DNA of 64,000 bases, taken from positions 126,234,001 through 126,298,000 of the forward strand of contig CM059431.1 in assembly GCA_030390025.1 (NCBI GenBank), read 5' to 3'. The stretch's first letter is position 1. Every line of letters begins with the position of its first letter. Positions 11,974-23,499 of this stretch are shown piece by piece. The stretch is from Squalus acanthias (Eukaryota). Made by a program: the position numbers and the translations under genes. The notes beneath the pieces are model-generated. The model was not told the DNA's origin, did no database searches, and saw only the letters and a program-made list of their open reading frames with translations.

Positions 11974-12757
11974 GGGCTAGAAATTAGGCTCCTTTGTGCC
12001 TGCCATTAGTGCCTCCGGGGGGTGTAATCTAAACTACACACACAGCTTGCCATTTGTTAATCTGAATTAAAATGTCTTTGTTTCTCACAAATGTAATTTG
12101 TTGCTTTCCTACAACATTGTCATAAAGTCATTAGTTTTGCTTAGTAGTCCAAGGAGTTCATGGGTGGAAATTGCATAGTGGCAGCCTGCAGGCAAGAACT
12201 GGAGGCAGGGAATAATCCCTCTGCCGGAACAAATGGGCCCGAAGCCCAATCGAATTTTGGCCTTGAGCCCAATTGAAATTAGACCGACAAAGTGCAGACA
12301 CCTGCTGCGCGTCCCCATGCAAGTTGCCTGTGAAACGTACATCAACGTCCGGCCGCCATGACACCGGCAGTGGCCCTCAGGTAAGTCCCAGGAGGTGGGT
12401 TGGAGCAGGCTGCGGGGGGAGTGGGGGAATGCAACGTTTGTGAAGTTGGGGCAGCACTCCTGCTTCTCCTGGCTCCCGAGGAATGGAGCCGTGGGGGCCA
12501 CTGAAGAGTCCCGACGCCTGCCCCACTCATCACTGATGATTTTTCAAAAGGGTTCCTGCACCAGTCATTAGACCCCTGGGTGCATATTCAAGGGGCCTAG
12601 CGCCTGTTTTAAGCATCTGGCCAAAAAATTGACCTGATGAATTTAGTAGTGGGACCAACATCTGTGCAGATTGGCGCAGACTAAACTGCTAAATTGGTAT
12701 GCTTTATTCCCATTTTCTGCATAAAAAATGGGAGCAATGCATACTAATTGCTACCCC
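11974..12757. mobile_element. Harbinger-type non-autonomous element (MITE)
   Basis: Termini gggctagaaattag / ctaattgctacccc resemble other Harbinger ends in the window; internal cactcctgcttctcctggc motif shared with other MITEs. Confidence 0.55.
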
Positions 12758-13192
12758 TGTTTCTCCAACAGGTTATTTTCTAAGAATTATCAATAATTAC
12801 TAAAGAGTGATATTTAGGAGACAGATAAAATTTTGCATTTGTTAAACCAAGTGATGAAGCAAAATAACTGTCCACCTCTGATCATTCAACAAGTACAGCT
12901 AATGAGATTAAATGTAACAGAAATACTGCTATTAAATTCATCATAGTCTAAGCTGTACCCTTCTATAAAATTTGTCTTCAGCAACAATTCAGTAATGCTA
13001 ATCTTTAACTAGCGTACAACCGAAAATTATTAATAAAGAATAGTCAGCATGGATTTCAAAAGAGAAGGTCATGCTTGACCAACCTTATTGAAGTCTTTGC
13101 AGAAGTAACAGAAAGACTAGACAAGGATAATAAAGTGGATGCAATATACATGGACTTTCAAATGCCTTCGATAAGGTACCGCATAATAGACT

Positions 13193-15083
13193 TGACATGA
13201 ATCTTGTAATTCATGTGGAAATGACTTATGAAATAATACTGGGCGGCCTGCTGGTGGCGCTGTCCAGGGTGTACAGTTTCGCAATTATCGCGATTCGAAA
13301 TAACAAGATAGAAGCAGATTCGTTTGATCAGTTTATTTAAACGAAATGCTGTCATGATATAAAGGACACAGAAGCCTGTAAAATGGCCACCGCGCATCAT
13401 GGCAGAAGCTTCCAGAATTACAGTGGGCAGACAAGATGGCGTTCGAATAAACATTTCAATATAAGACTGGGATCATACTCGATAAACACTGATAAAGACA
13501 GGATGCAACCTGTTTGCATTTGTGACAATAGCAAAGATATAAGTGCTGGAATCGTTTTCCATGCACAAGTAAGGACCATTGTACTGGGCAATTCGAAAGC
13601 CCATCCAGACACATCAATACACAAATACCCCCACGGCTCTACAATGAGAGAGACATCGACGGGTGATTAAGCAAGTATTCGGGGGCCCCCAAAACCAGTC
13701 AGGGAGACGATTCATACAATCCTGGCCGGGTCAACAATGGGGAAAACATTAACGGGTAGTTGGCCAGTTTCAGGTACTACCGAAACCCGTTAAAGAGAAG
13801 AATCGCCCCATGCTGGGAGTTTTGTGCACCAGTATTACACAAAGGACAAACATTAAGATTTGAGCGGGAGATAAGGGGACACATCACTATAACTATAGTG
13901 AACAAATGTCCATCGGTCTCTTGACTCGGGCTGGACTCTTATGCGCTGGATTCGGTCTCTTATCTGACTGCTCGACCGCTGGCTGAAGCTCTTCTGTAGG
14001 GCTGGACTCTGTTGACTGGACTTTTAGCCGCACTGGACGGTTATTCGAATGTTGGGTGGAGCTCAAACGGAACGAGCCGCCCCGACGAGGGCAAGTGACC
14101 GGGTGCACCATCCCGAGAGTCGGTAAACGGTGTCTGGACCCGAAGGCCCGAAAAGACAAGACGAAATGACAAGAAAAGAAGAAGAATCCACGTGCCGCCA
14201 TGGTCAGTAAACCCCGACCGCGCCCGAAAATACAAGAAAGACTCTTCATTGAAATCTACCGACAACCGGTGTCGGGAACAGGAAGACTTTTCTTTGAGTT
14301 CTACAACCGTGTCCGAGTTCTGTCGAGTTCTTCATGACAACAGGGAGTCGGGCCTGCTTGTCGCAGCAGCGAAGATAAACAAGTGGGGTACAGAGACCCT
14401 TCCAAACACGTGACAGTCAGGCGCTGCAGCGAAACGAGCCGAGTGCCTCACTTTAAAATTCTCCGAAGTATCATGAGTGGTGAGCATGTTTCCCGATCCT
14501 ACAAATCTAGATGTAGTGTAGGTATTGATAGGGGAGGGTGGTTTTATTAAGGATAAAGTATAATGTGTTCCCCTTTTTACGATGTGCCGTGCGTTCTTCA
14601 TTACCATAGACCAAGCTTTATGAATGTATGTATACTTGTACTCTCGTTAATTTGCGCCTATGACATGTACTTCATGATTTTGGACGCTATGCAATAAAGA
14701 TTTCCATTTCGTACTATTCAACCAGGTCTATTTGAGTTTTTCTCTGCATTACTGCTCTCGCACCTAAGTCCAGTGTTAGAACCGTAAGGGCGAGTGGGTC
14801 GAACCACTCACAGGTGCTTATTGCAACAAGGCTGGCCGGAGACCAGAGCAAGCAATAGTATTAGGCAACGAAGGCCTAACCTCGCACCAGCACCGTCTGT
14901 GATACAAGCACGACAAAACCCCTTACAAGGGAGAGTATAAATACTCGGGCATGGGCCCAGCTTGCTCAGGACATTCTTTAACAGGAACTAGTGACGGACA
15001 CAACTAGATCTCCATGTTGAAAAACAGTTGATTAAAGCCTTGTTTAATACTCAGACCAATTGCCTAGTAGTTTTCTTACGTCA
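13193..15083 (+). mobile_element. Small (~229 bp) solo LTR split by the long LTR
   Basis: TGACATGA...TTACGTCA termini; 5-bp TSD AGACT (13188-13192, 15084-15088); TATAAATA at ~14936 and ATTAAA at ~15031. Confidence 0.75.
13270..14927 (+). mobile_element. Long solo LTR, copy 2 (1658 bp)
   Basis: TGTA...TACA termini; 4-bp TSD AGGG (13266-13269, 14928-14931); homologous to 7011-9474. Confidence 0.87.
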
Positions 15084-15489
15084 AGACTCATGAATAATGT
15101 CAGAGCATATGGAGTCAGGGGACAAATAGCAGAATGGATAACAAACTGGCTACAAAACAGAAAACAGAGAGCAGGGGTTAAAGGTAGTTACTCAGACTGG
15201 TGGAGGGTGGGAAGTGGTGTTCCACAGGGACCGGTGCTGGAACCACTATTGTTCACCATTTATATAAATGATTTAGACTCAGGAATACAAAGTACAATAT
15301 CACAATTTGTGGAGGACACCAAATTGGGAGTTATAGTTAATACTGAGGAAGACTGCAACAAAAGAAGAAGACATTAAGAAATTTTCAGAATGGGTGTGTA
15401 AATGGCAAATGCATTTCAATATAGATAAGTGTGAGGTAATACATTTTGGTAGGAGGAATAAGGAGGCCACCTGCTCCTTGGAAAGTAAG

Positions 15490-16322
15490 GCCTTGTTATT
15501 ACCTCTGAGGCACGTGCAGTGCAGTTAAATTAGGAATGGGAAACCCAGAAATATGAGTTTCCCAAAGGTTCTACAGCTTTTAACCACAGGATGTCTTTTA
15601 ACATTTTTCTTTAGTTTTCCTGCCCACAGACAGCCTGATTGGAGACTGGCTGTCTGTTGGGTGGGAAAGCCTGCAGCACAAGGCCGTAACTGAGCTGAGA
15701 GCAGTTAGTTCTAGTGGGGGGGGTGGAAGAGATCGCGGCAGGGGGTGGGGGGTGGTGGTCGGGGGGTGGGGGGGCGGTCTGATCACAGGGCGGGGCAGAT
15801 GGTAGTCAGGGGAGTTCAATCGCGGGGGAGCAGATGGTGGTCGGCGGGGGGTCCGATCGCAGGGGCGGGGGTCCAATTGTGGGGGGGGGTCTGATGGTAG
15901 GTGGGTGAGCAGATGGTGGTTGTGGGGGTTCTGATCGCACGGAGTGGGGGGGTTTCTGTTAAGCTTGTTGGGCCTGGAGGAAACACTCTTGCTTCTCCTG
16001 GCCCACAAGTAGTAAAGGCACTGACCTTATGAATTCACCCCTTCTTGCCAACTTTCACCTGCCAGGTTTCCCAAGGCCAGGGGAACCCGACCAACTATGG
16101 TTAAAAATAGAATCACTGTTAAAATGAAGCACAGACTCATTAAAATATTTAAATGACCAACCCGTTTCCTGAGAGGGGATTGGTCACCCAACCCTCGTCC
16201 CGCCTCGTTAAAATCGGAAGTGGGCGGGTTCAAGGTGGGTTGGATTCTTGTTTCAGATTTTTAGCTTTTTAACCTCCCACCTGAACCAAACCCACCTGTT
16301 TTTGGGGGTTAAAATTACTTCC
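15490..16322. mobile_element. G-rich non-autonomous DNA element (Harbinger-type MITE family); relatives at ~20346-21112, 28720-29515, 42720-44208 (inverted), 53810-54758
   Basis: Shared blocks (cactcctgctcctcctggcccacaag, cattaaaatatt, aaaatcggaagtgggcgggtt) flanking a G-tract/GATC-rich core. Boundaries approximate. Confidence 0.6.
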
Positions 16323-16895
16323 AAAGGGTCTAAATGGGGTAGAAATGCAAAGAGATCCAGTAGTACAGATTCACAAATCACTAACATCGCAGGTTAACAA
16401 AGGCATAAAAAGTGCAAACAAAGCAACGGGGTTCATGTCTAGAGGAATAGAATTCAAAAGTGGAGAAGTTATGTTAAACTTATATAGAACCTTGGTTAGA
16501 CCACACTTAGAGTACTGTGCACAGTTCTGGTCTCCATATTATAAAAAGGAGATAGAAGCACTGGAAAAATGCACAAAATATTTACAAGGATGGTACCAGA
16601 GTTGAGAGGTTATAACTATCAGGAAAGATTGAACAGGCTGGAGCTCTTTTCTCGTGAAAAGAGAAGACTGAGATTTGAGCTGTTAGAGGTCTGTTTCCAC
16701 TTGTGGGGGAGTCCAAAACTAGGGGCCATAAATATAACATAGGCACTAATAAATCCAATAAGGAATTCAGGAAAACCTCTCTACTCAGAGAGTAAAGGGT
16801 GAGATGAAGTAATATAGGCTGATGCTCCTGTGGAGCATAAACACCAGGATAGACCAGTTGGGCCGAATAGACTTTTTTGTTCTGTAAAATTCTAT

Positions 16896-17565
16896 GGGCT
16901 GGATTTTCATTGAGCCGTGGAGGCAGGTTTGGAGGCGTGTGGGGGGTTAAAATTGTGAAAATTGGCGGGCGGGCACAAGTCCGCCTCCATCCCACCTCCA
17001 CGCAATTTTCATTAAATCGTGTCTGCTGGTTCCGACTCCGTCCCGCCTTTAAGAGGCGGGATAGGCTGTTAAGGCCCTTAACAAGCACTAAATTGGCTGT
17101 ATAATGCTATTTTGAAAGGACTTTGTGATTTGAACCCTTGTTCTTCGTGAAGCACGCCTGTTCTGAACCATGAATGTGAAACCTGGCGGTAAGACATTTC
17201 GAAAGCTGACTATCAGCTGCAGGTCCACTATTACAATGGAGTAGTAGTAGTAGGAAAAATATCTGGGCGCTCTCTCCCTCTCTCTCTCTGACTTAGGGCT
17301 GCTGCTGCTCATTTTGCATCCGGTTCCTCTCACAGCAAAGGCCAGGCAGTCTCTGAAGACCTTCAATGCAGCAGTAATGATGACATCATCAGAGGCGACT
17401 TTCAGACTCAAAACATTAATTGGTTCATGGGTTCCCACATGCTGGAACTCAATTACCCAATTAGGTGAAAATCGCATCAATCTCCCACATCCAATTGCAG
17501 TCGGGTGGATAACACGAAAAGTGGATGACACGACCCCAACCCGCCCCAGTATCAAAATCCAGCCC
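16896..17565. mobile_element. Harbinger-type MITE
   Basis: Perfect 12-bp TIR GGGCTGGATTTT / AAAATCCAGCCC; 3-bp flanks TAT/TGT; inserted in a CR1 tail. Confidence 0.75.
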
Positions 17566-18149
17566 TGTGTAATTCAATGTAACTCAAACAATACATATGG
17601 TCTTAAAAGGCATGAAGGCCTTGGGGGTACTGTTCACAAGTTTGTGGATGACACAAAGATCTGTGCTACTGTCAGAACAGTTGAGGAGAATAAAAGATTA
17701 TATCTGATCTCGATGCGATGGAGGAATGGGCCCACATCTGGCATATGATTTTTAATGTAGATAAAGGTAGTGTTATGCTGAATTCCTTATTGGATTTAAG
17801 AGGTGCTGGGTACCTTTAAGTGGCGTCAGAGATGCCCAATTCCCCACCGCCTCGAAGAAGCGTGCAGCCAATGAATAGTGCAGGTAGTACTGGCTGCATG
17901 ACCCCGCGTGCCAGCCCACAATCTTTTCAGACAAGAGCAAATTTTTAGGCCCTTAGTTGGAAAAATCAGTAGCTATGCTTATTAATTGTAAAATGCCCTC
18001 ACAAACTAGAGCCAACATCACCTGAGAGCTGTTCTTGTTATACCAATCAATAGCTTAAGCTATTCTTAGTGTAAGCCACTCTCAAACAGCACAATCTACT
18101 CTTAACTCAAAATTGCTTAATTCAAGTTATCTGATCATTCAAGAATTTT

Positions 18150-18850
18150 TAGCACTAAATCCCAATTTGCTGTGTTATTTACATTGCTTAATCCAAAATA
18201 TTGGATAATTGAATTTCTTTAGCACAAAAAACTACTTTAAATTATCAGGAGTAGGCCTTATCAGTCTTTACAGTAATTGTTTTCAGTCATTGATCACTTA
18301 TATGCCCAAAGAAATTCACTTCCCTGTGCATTTTGATACTCCTTCAACTTTAGCTCAAGTCCTCCAGCCTGAACGTCTCCTAAATCTGACTTGGGCTCTT
18401 GCAATAGCATTACCAAATTCCATGGTATAAACATCATCATCTAATCATGCTAACTGTAAATCTGCCAAGATAGTTTTTTTTAACACTTGATCCATTAGAT
18501 ATTGCAAAGCCAATATGATAACTAGTTCAGACATCATGGCGGCTGTGGCACAGTATTCGGTGATCCATGAATTAAGTGTCAGTTCTGAGAAAAAAGCTGG
18601 CAGATCTCTGAGGTGAAAGGCAGCCAGCTATTAGAAAGATTTTGTTAGAGCTTGTCATATAGATTAGTTTTAGCTAGATGGATGGATGCCTAGAGCAACT
18701 GCAAACCAAGAAACTTAGGACATTAGGGTGGGACAATGGCAATGTTATTATAATCATTGTACGTCTCATTGACAAAACAATACCCATTGAAGCTTAGATC
18801 AGAGATATGAGATGAAAGGTAAGGCTATTCGCTCAGATGGCCAGAGTTTC
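18150..18850 (-). mobile_element. Highly decayed Ty3/Gypsy-like reverse transcriptase remnant
   Basis: Minus-strand remnants in the expected order: LQLA*LDD (YLDD), KC..REVNFFGHI, PTPDNLK; many stops and frameshifts. Confidence 0.4.
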
Positions 18851-19494
18851 TATGCATCCACATTTCCAGTGCATTTAATGGAAGGCTTTTAGTCTTACAC
18901 AATGATCCATCTGTTGCCACAATTGTAACTAATGTATTGGCAAGTGCTTAGCAGAATAGCTGGTCTTAGTCAAGCTATTGGGACCATGTTATTACACCAG
19001 TCATGCAAAAAGATCAGAGTCACATTTGGTTACATATGACATTGCACCAGTTTTTCTTTGACGGCTTTGTCTCCGGATAGCAAAGCTTTTCAAATTCATC
19101 TTCTTAACAGGCTCATTGAATCCTTCATGTTTCTTCAACCTTTAAGTGACAAAGCAATATAAAGTGTGTTTCCCATACTCCACCTCCAGCTCTGTAACCA
19201 GCTTCAAAATTGAATAGCCATGGTGATTTATCATTTCAGGATGGATTTAGCACAGCAATACTGTTTTGCTTAGTTTGTTGCCAGCATTGGTATTAGAGGT
19301 TTCTCTGAACAATTCCATCTTCGATGCTGTTGCCATTGTTATTGAAAGTAAGGCAATGACCCTTCAGCTACTCAATATTTTTACATGGCAATGAACAGAG
19401 TGCATGAATTGCTTATCTTGAAAATTGCCACATATTGGAAGAATCACACAATGGAACATCCCCATTCTGCTTGCTGCTAGCTTGAAACTTCAGA

Positions 19495-19785
19495 CCAGTA
19501 CTGAGCAAATGCCGCAATATTGGAGGTGCCGTCTTTTGGATAAGACATTAAACCTGTCCACCCTCTCAGGTGAATGTAAAAGATCCCGTGGCACTATTCA
19601 AAGACGAGCAGGCCAGTTCTCTTGGAGTCCTGGCCAACATTTATCCCTTAACCAACACACTAAAACAGATTATCTGGTCATTTATCTCATTACAATTGCT
19701 GTGCGCAATTTTTGCTGCTGCATTACCCTACATTGCAACAGTCATTACACTGAAAAAAAGTATTTCCTTAGCTGTACAGCGCATG
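19495..19785 (+). mobile_element. Deu-domain SINE (SacSINE1/AmnSINE-like); further pieces at ~20045-20225, 27836-28085, 28350-28600, 40045-40140
   Basis: gtgccgtctttt.gataagacattaaacc, gtaaaagatcccgtggcactattc, tcctggccaacatttatccc, acagattatctggtcatt recognised from memory as the Deu domain; not database-verified. Confidence 0.65.
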
Positions 19786-21464
19786 TGAGAACCAATCACC
19801 CAACATGGTCTTATAGCCAAAGAAGATGAAGGATTATCTGCAAAAAAGTGCCATTCTTGACGAAAGATACAGTCAACAAAACCCTACCTCTATCCTGGGA
19901 TTGCTGCAAACTTCATAAAAAGTCTGATATCCTAATGTTGCTTCTGGACTCTTGTATTGAATTTAATGGAGTTGGCATCAAGTCAAAACAGGGCAGCTAT
20001 GACCTGGGTTATGCAGTGGGAGCATTGCAGTCTGGTATATCCTTGCCAAGTCTCCTGGCCAATATTTATCCCTCAACAAACATCACTAAAACAGGTTATC
20101 TAGTTATTTATGTCATTGCTGCTTGTAGAATCTAGCAAATTGTCTGTAACAGCATAACAATAGTGACTACACTTCAAAAGCATACTTCATTGACTCTGGA
20201 ATGCTATGTAAACTAACGTTCTTTCTTTCTTTCCTTCATTCTTTCTTTCTTTCTTTCTTTCTTTCTTCACCAAGTAAAGCAGCTATTATAAAATTATTCG
20301 ACCTTGAAAGAATTGTTGAGTGATAGAAGCTGAAGCAGTTTAGCAGTCAGGAAACCCGGAAGAATGGATTTCCCTCAGGGCCTGCTAAATTTAATGGCAG
20401 GACCTGATTACCATTTTTGGAATCCATTTCCCGGCCGCAGCCAACCAGAGTGAGAAGCTGGCTGGCTGTCGGGCGAGTAGGCCTACGGCACCAGGCCTCA
20501 GCCAAGGAGCGTAGAGGAGGGAGTGAGAAATTGGGGGCCTGGGGTGGAACGTCGATGTGGGGCCGGGAGAGATTCAGGGAGGAGGGGAATAGATCGTGGG
20601 GCCCCAGTGACATCGGGGGAGGACGGGAGGAGATCGTGGGAGGCCCACGGAGGAGGTCGGGGGAGGCTGTGGAAGGGATCTCAGGCCAGGGAGGACATTG
20701 GGGGGGGCATCGGATAGCAGGGTGAAGGGAGTCCGATCATTGGAGAGGTTAACAAGGTAGCTTGCTGGGTCGGGGGGGAAGCACTCCTGCTCCTCCTGGC
20801 CCACAAGCAGTGTTGGAAAGGCATTTACCTGTTCCATCCAGCAGTCCTTGACTCCCTTTAGTTGTCGGGTTTCGCAGGCCCGGAATCCCGGCCGGCTAGC
20901 ATTAAAGATGGAAGAGAGATAAAATCTTAGGCATGCAGTCTCATTAAAATATTGAAATGAGTGACCCGCCTCCTGGGAGCGAGTTGGTTACCCGCGCCCC
21001 CGTCCCACCTCCATTAAAACCAAAATTGGTTGAATTCGAGGTGAGTTTGGTTCGGGTTTGAAATCTTTTACATTTTAACATCCCACCCGACCCTAATTAC
21101 CTAATTACCTCCATAGAATCATAGAGCACCAAAGGAGACCATTTGGCCCATCATGCCTATGCCGGCTCTTTGAAAGAGCTATCCAATTTGTCCCATTCCC
21201 CTACTCTTTCCCCATAGCCCTGTAAATTTCTTCTTTTCAGTATATATCCAATTCCCTTTTGAAAGTTACTACTGAATTTGCTTCCATCAGCCTTTCAGGC
21301 AGTGCAGTCCAGATCATAACAACTAGCTGGGTAAAAAAAATATTCTCCTCATCTCCCCCATGTTTTTTTTCCAATTCCCTTAAATCTTTGTCCTCTGGGT
21401 ACAATTGGCCTAAAATTGAGAGGTCGCACAACACCAGGTTATAGTCCAACAGTTTTATTTGAAA

Positions 21465-21506
21465 TCACAAGCTTTCGGAGCTATCGATTGCTCCTTCCTC
21501 AGGTGA
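21465..21506 (-). ncRNA. Minimal hammerhead ribozyme motif in the Penelope terminus
   Basis: Reverse complement TCAC-CTGAGGA-A-GGAGC(AATCGATA)GCTCC-GAAA-GCTT-GTGA; stem II pairing is retained while the loop differs from 7787-7824. Confidence 0.75.
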
Positions 21507-21836
21507 AGTAAATTAGATACAGAATCGCCAAAGCATATATAGATAGAAAACAAAGCATGTGTACCTTACAATTGCAGACCACTAAATTAAATCATCCTGA
21601 CTATCTGCCGAGGTGTGATAAAGTTAATTAAGTCAGCCAGGAAGGTACCACATCAAAGACATAGCAAGATACAACTGAGACAATGAGGTGTAGTCGCAGG
21701 GGTTCTAACGTGTCAAAAGCTGCCGTCTGTATGTAAAACGAAAAGCTTTAAAATTTTTACTTTTTTACTGGGAAAATTTTTACTTTTTTACTGGGAATCA
21801 CATCTGTGAACAAGCCAACGACGACTCGAGTCCGGA

Positions 21837-23414
21837 TCACGTCATGTATCGTGACATAAACCCAAGATCCCGATTGAGACCGTCTTCATGAGTGCGGAAC
21901 TTGGCTATCAGTTTCTGCTCGATGATTTTGCGTTGTCGTGTGTTTCTAAGGTTGCCTTGGAGAACGCTTACCCGCAGATCCGAGACTGAATGTCCTTGAC
22001 TGCTGAAGTGTTCCCCGACTGGGAGGTAACAATCCTGCCTGGCGATTGTTGCGCGGTGCTCGTTCATACGTTGTCTCAGTGTCTGCATGGTCTCGCCGAT
22101 GTACCATGCCGCGGTGCATTCTTTCCTGCAACGTATGAGGTAGACAACGTTGGCCGAGTCACATGAGTATGTACCATGTACCTGGTAGGTAGTGTCCTCA
22201 CGTGTGATGGTGGTATCTGTGTTGATGATCTGGCATGTCTTGCAGAGTTTGCCATGGCAGGGTTGTGTGGTGTCGTGGTCACTGTTATCCTGAAAGCTGG
22301 ATAATTTGCTGCGAACGATGGTACTTCTGAGGTTAGGCGGCTGTTTGAAGGCAAGTAGTGGAGGCGTGGGGATGGCCTTAGCGAGGTGTTTGTCGTCATC
22401 GATGACATGTTGAAGGCTGCGAAGAACATGGCGTAGTTTCTCCGCTCCGGGGAAGTACTGGACGACGTAGGGTACCCTGTTGGTTGTGTCCCGTGTTTGC
22501 CTTCTGAGGAGGTCTATGCGATTTTTCGCTGTGGCCCGTCGGAACTGTCGATCGATGAGTCGAGCGTCATATCCCGTTCTTACGAGGGCGTTTTTCAGTG
22601 TCAGTAGGTGTCCATCGCGTTCCTCCTCGTCTGAGCAGATCCTGTGTATTCGCAGGGCTTGTCCATAGGGGATGGCTTCTTTAACATGGTTAGGGTGGAA
22701 GCTGGAGAAGTGGAGCATCGTGAGGTTGTCCGTGGGCTTGCGGTAGAGTGAAGTGCTGAGGTGTCCGTCTTTGATGGAGATTCGTGTGTCCAGGAATGAG
22801 ACCGATTCTGAGGAGTAGTCCATGGTGAGTTTGATGGTGGGATGGAACTTGTTTATGTTATCGTGTAGTCTTTTCAGTGATCCTTCGCCATGGGTCCAAA
22901 GGAAGAAAATGTCGTCGATGTATCTGGTGTACAGCGTTGGCTGGAGGTCCTGTGCAGCAAAGAAGTCTTGCTCAAACTTGTGCATGAAGATGTTGGCGTA
23001 TTGGGGTGTGAATTTGGTCCCCATGACTGTTCCGTGTGTTTGGGTAAAAAAATGGTTGTCGAAGGTGAAGACATTGTGGTCAAGGATGAAGCGGATGAGT
23101 TGTAGGATGGCGTCTGGAGATTGGCTGTTGTTGATGTTGAGTACTGAGGCTGTTGCAGCGATGCCGTCATCGTGGGGGATACTGGTGTAGAGTGCCGATA
23201 CGTCCATCGTGGCAAGGAGTGTTCCTGGTTCAACTGGTCCGTGGGTGCTGAGTTTCTGTAAGAAGTCTGTAGTGTCGCGACAGAAGCTGGGGGTTCCCTG
23301 TACGATGGGTTTCAGAATGCCCTCGACATATCCAGAGAGGTTCTCACACAGGGTTCCATTGCCTGATACGATAGGACGTCCGGGTGTGTTGGCTTTGTGT
23401 ATCTTTGGGAGGCA
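21837..23414 (-). CDS. Penelope reverse transcriptase + GIY-YIG endonuclease (N-terminally truncated open frame; the 456-aa ORF 21837..23207 is its C-terminal part)
   Basis: CLPKIHKANTPGRPIVS, MDVSALYTSIPH, GTVMG, RYIDDIF, FLDTRI, LYRKPT, CKTC, NVVYLIRC, WYIGET, RQRMNEH, EQKLI, GLNRD. Confidence 0.93.
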   Translation of the reverse strand, partial: CLPKIHKANTPGRPIVSGNGTLCENLSGYVEGILKPIVQGTPSFCRDTTDFLQKLSTHGPVEPGTLLATMDVSALYTSIPHDDGIAATASVLNINNSQSPDAILQLIRFILDHNVFTFDNHFFTQTHGTVMGTKFTPQYANIFMHKFEQDFFAAQDLQPTLYTRYIDDIFFLWTHGEGSLKRLHDNINKFHPTIKLTMDYSSESVSFLDTRISIKDGHLSTSLYRKPTDNLTMLHFSSFHPNHVKEAIPYGQALRIHRICSDEEERDGHLLTLKNALVRTGYDARLIDRQFRRATAKNRIDLLRRQTRDTTNRVPYVVQYFPGAEKLRHVLRSLQHVIDDDKHLAKAIPTPPLLAFKQPPNLRSTIVRSKLSSFQDNSDHDTTQPCHGKLCKTCQIINTDTTITREDTTYQVHGTYSCDSANVVYLIRCRKECTAAWYIGETMQTLRQRMNEHRATIARQDCYLPVGEHFSSQGHSVSDLRVSVLQGNLRNTRQRKIIEQKLIAKFRTHEDGLNRDLGFMSRYMT

Positions 23415-23499
23415 GTTGGCCTGCCAGTGGAAACAGTTTCTCCTGAGCTACTCTATCAAAACCCTTCATAATTTTGAACATCGCTTTTAAATTTCTCCA

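Larger units (their letters stand above)
13015..16895 (+). mobile_element. Fragmented CR1 LINE (13015-13192, 15084-15490, 16325-16895) interrupted by LTRs and a MITE
   Basis: SQHGF, FDKVPH|RLMNNVRAYGVRG, GVPQGPVLEPLLFTIYINDLD, LYRTLVRPHLEYCAQFWSP, CR1 3' UTR. Confidence 0.85.
21412..23415 (-). mobile_element. Penelope-like retroelement, 5'-truncated, young
   Basis: 7-bp TSD TTGGCCT (21405-21411, 23416-23422); empty site in unit B (~31475-31490); hammerhead motif at 21465-21506. Confidence 0.95.

Noticed and set aside
7011..14927. A full provirus bounded by the two long LTRs
   Set aside because: Each LTR has its own distinct TSD; the interval holds CR1, MITE and unique DNA with no PBS, gag or pol that I could recognise.
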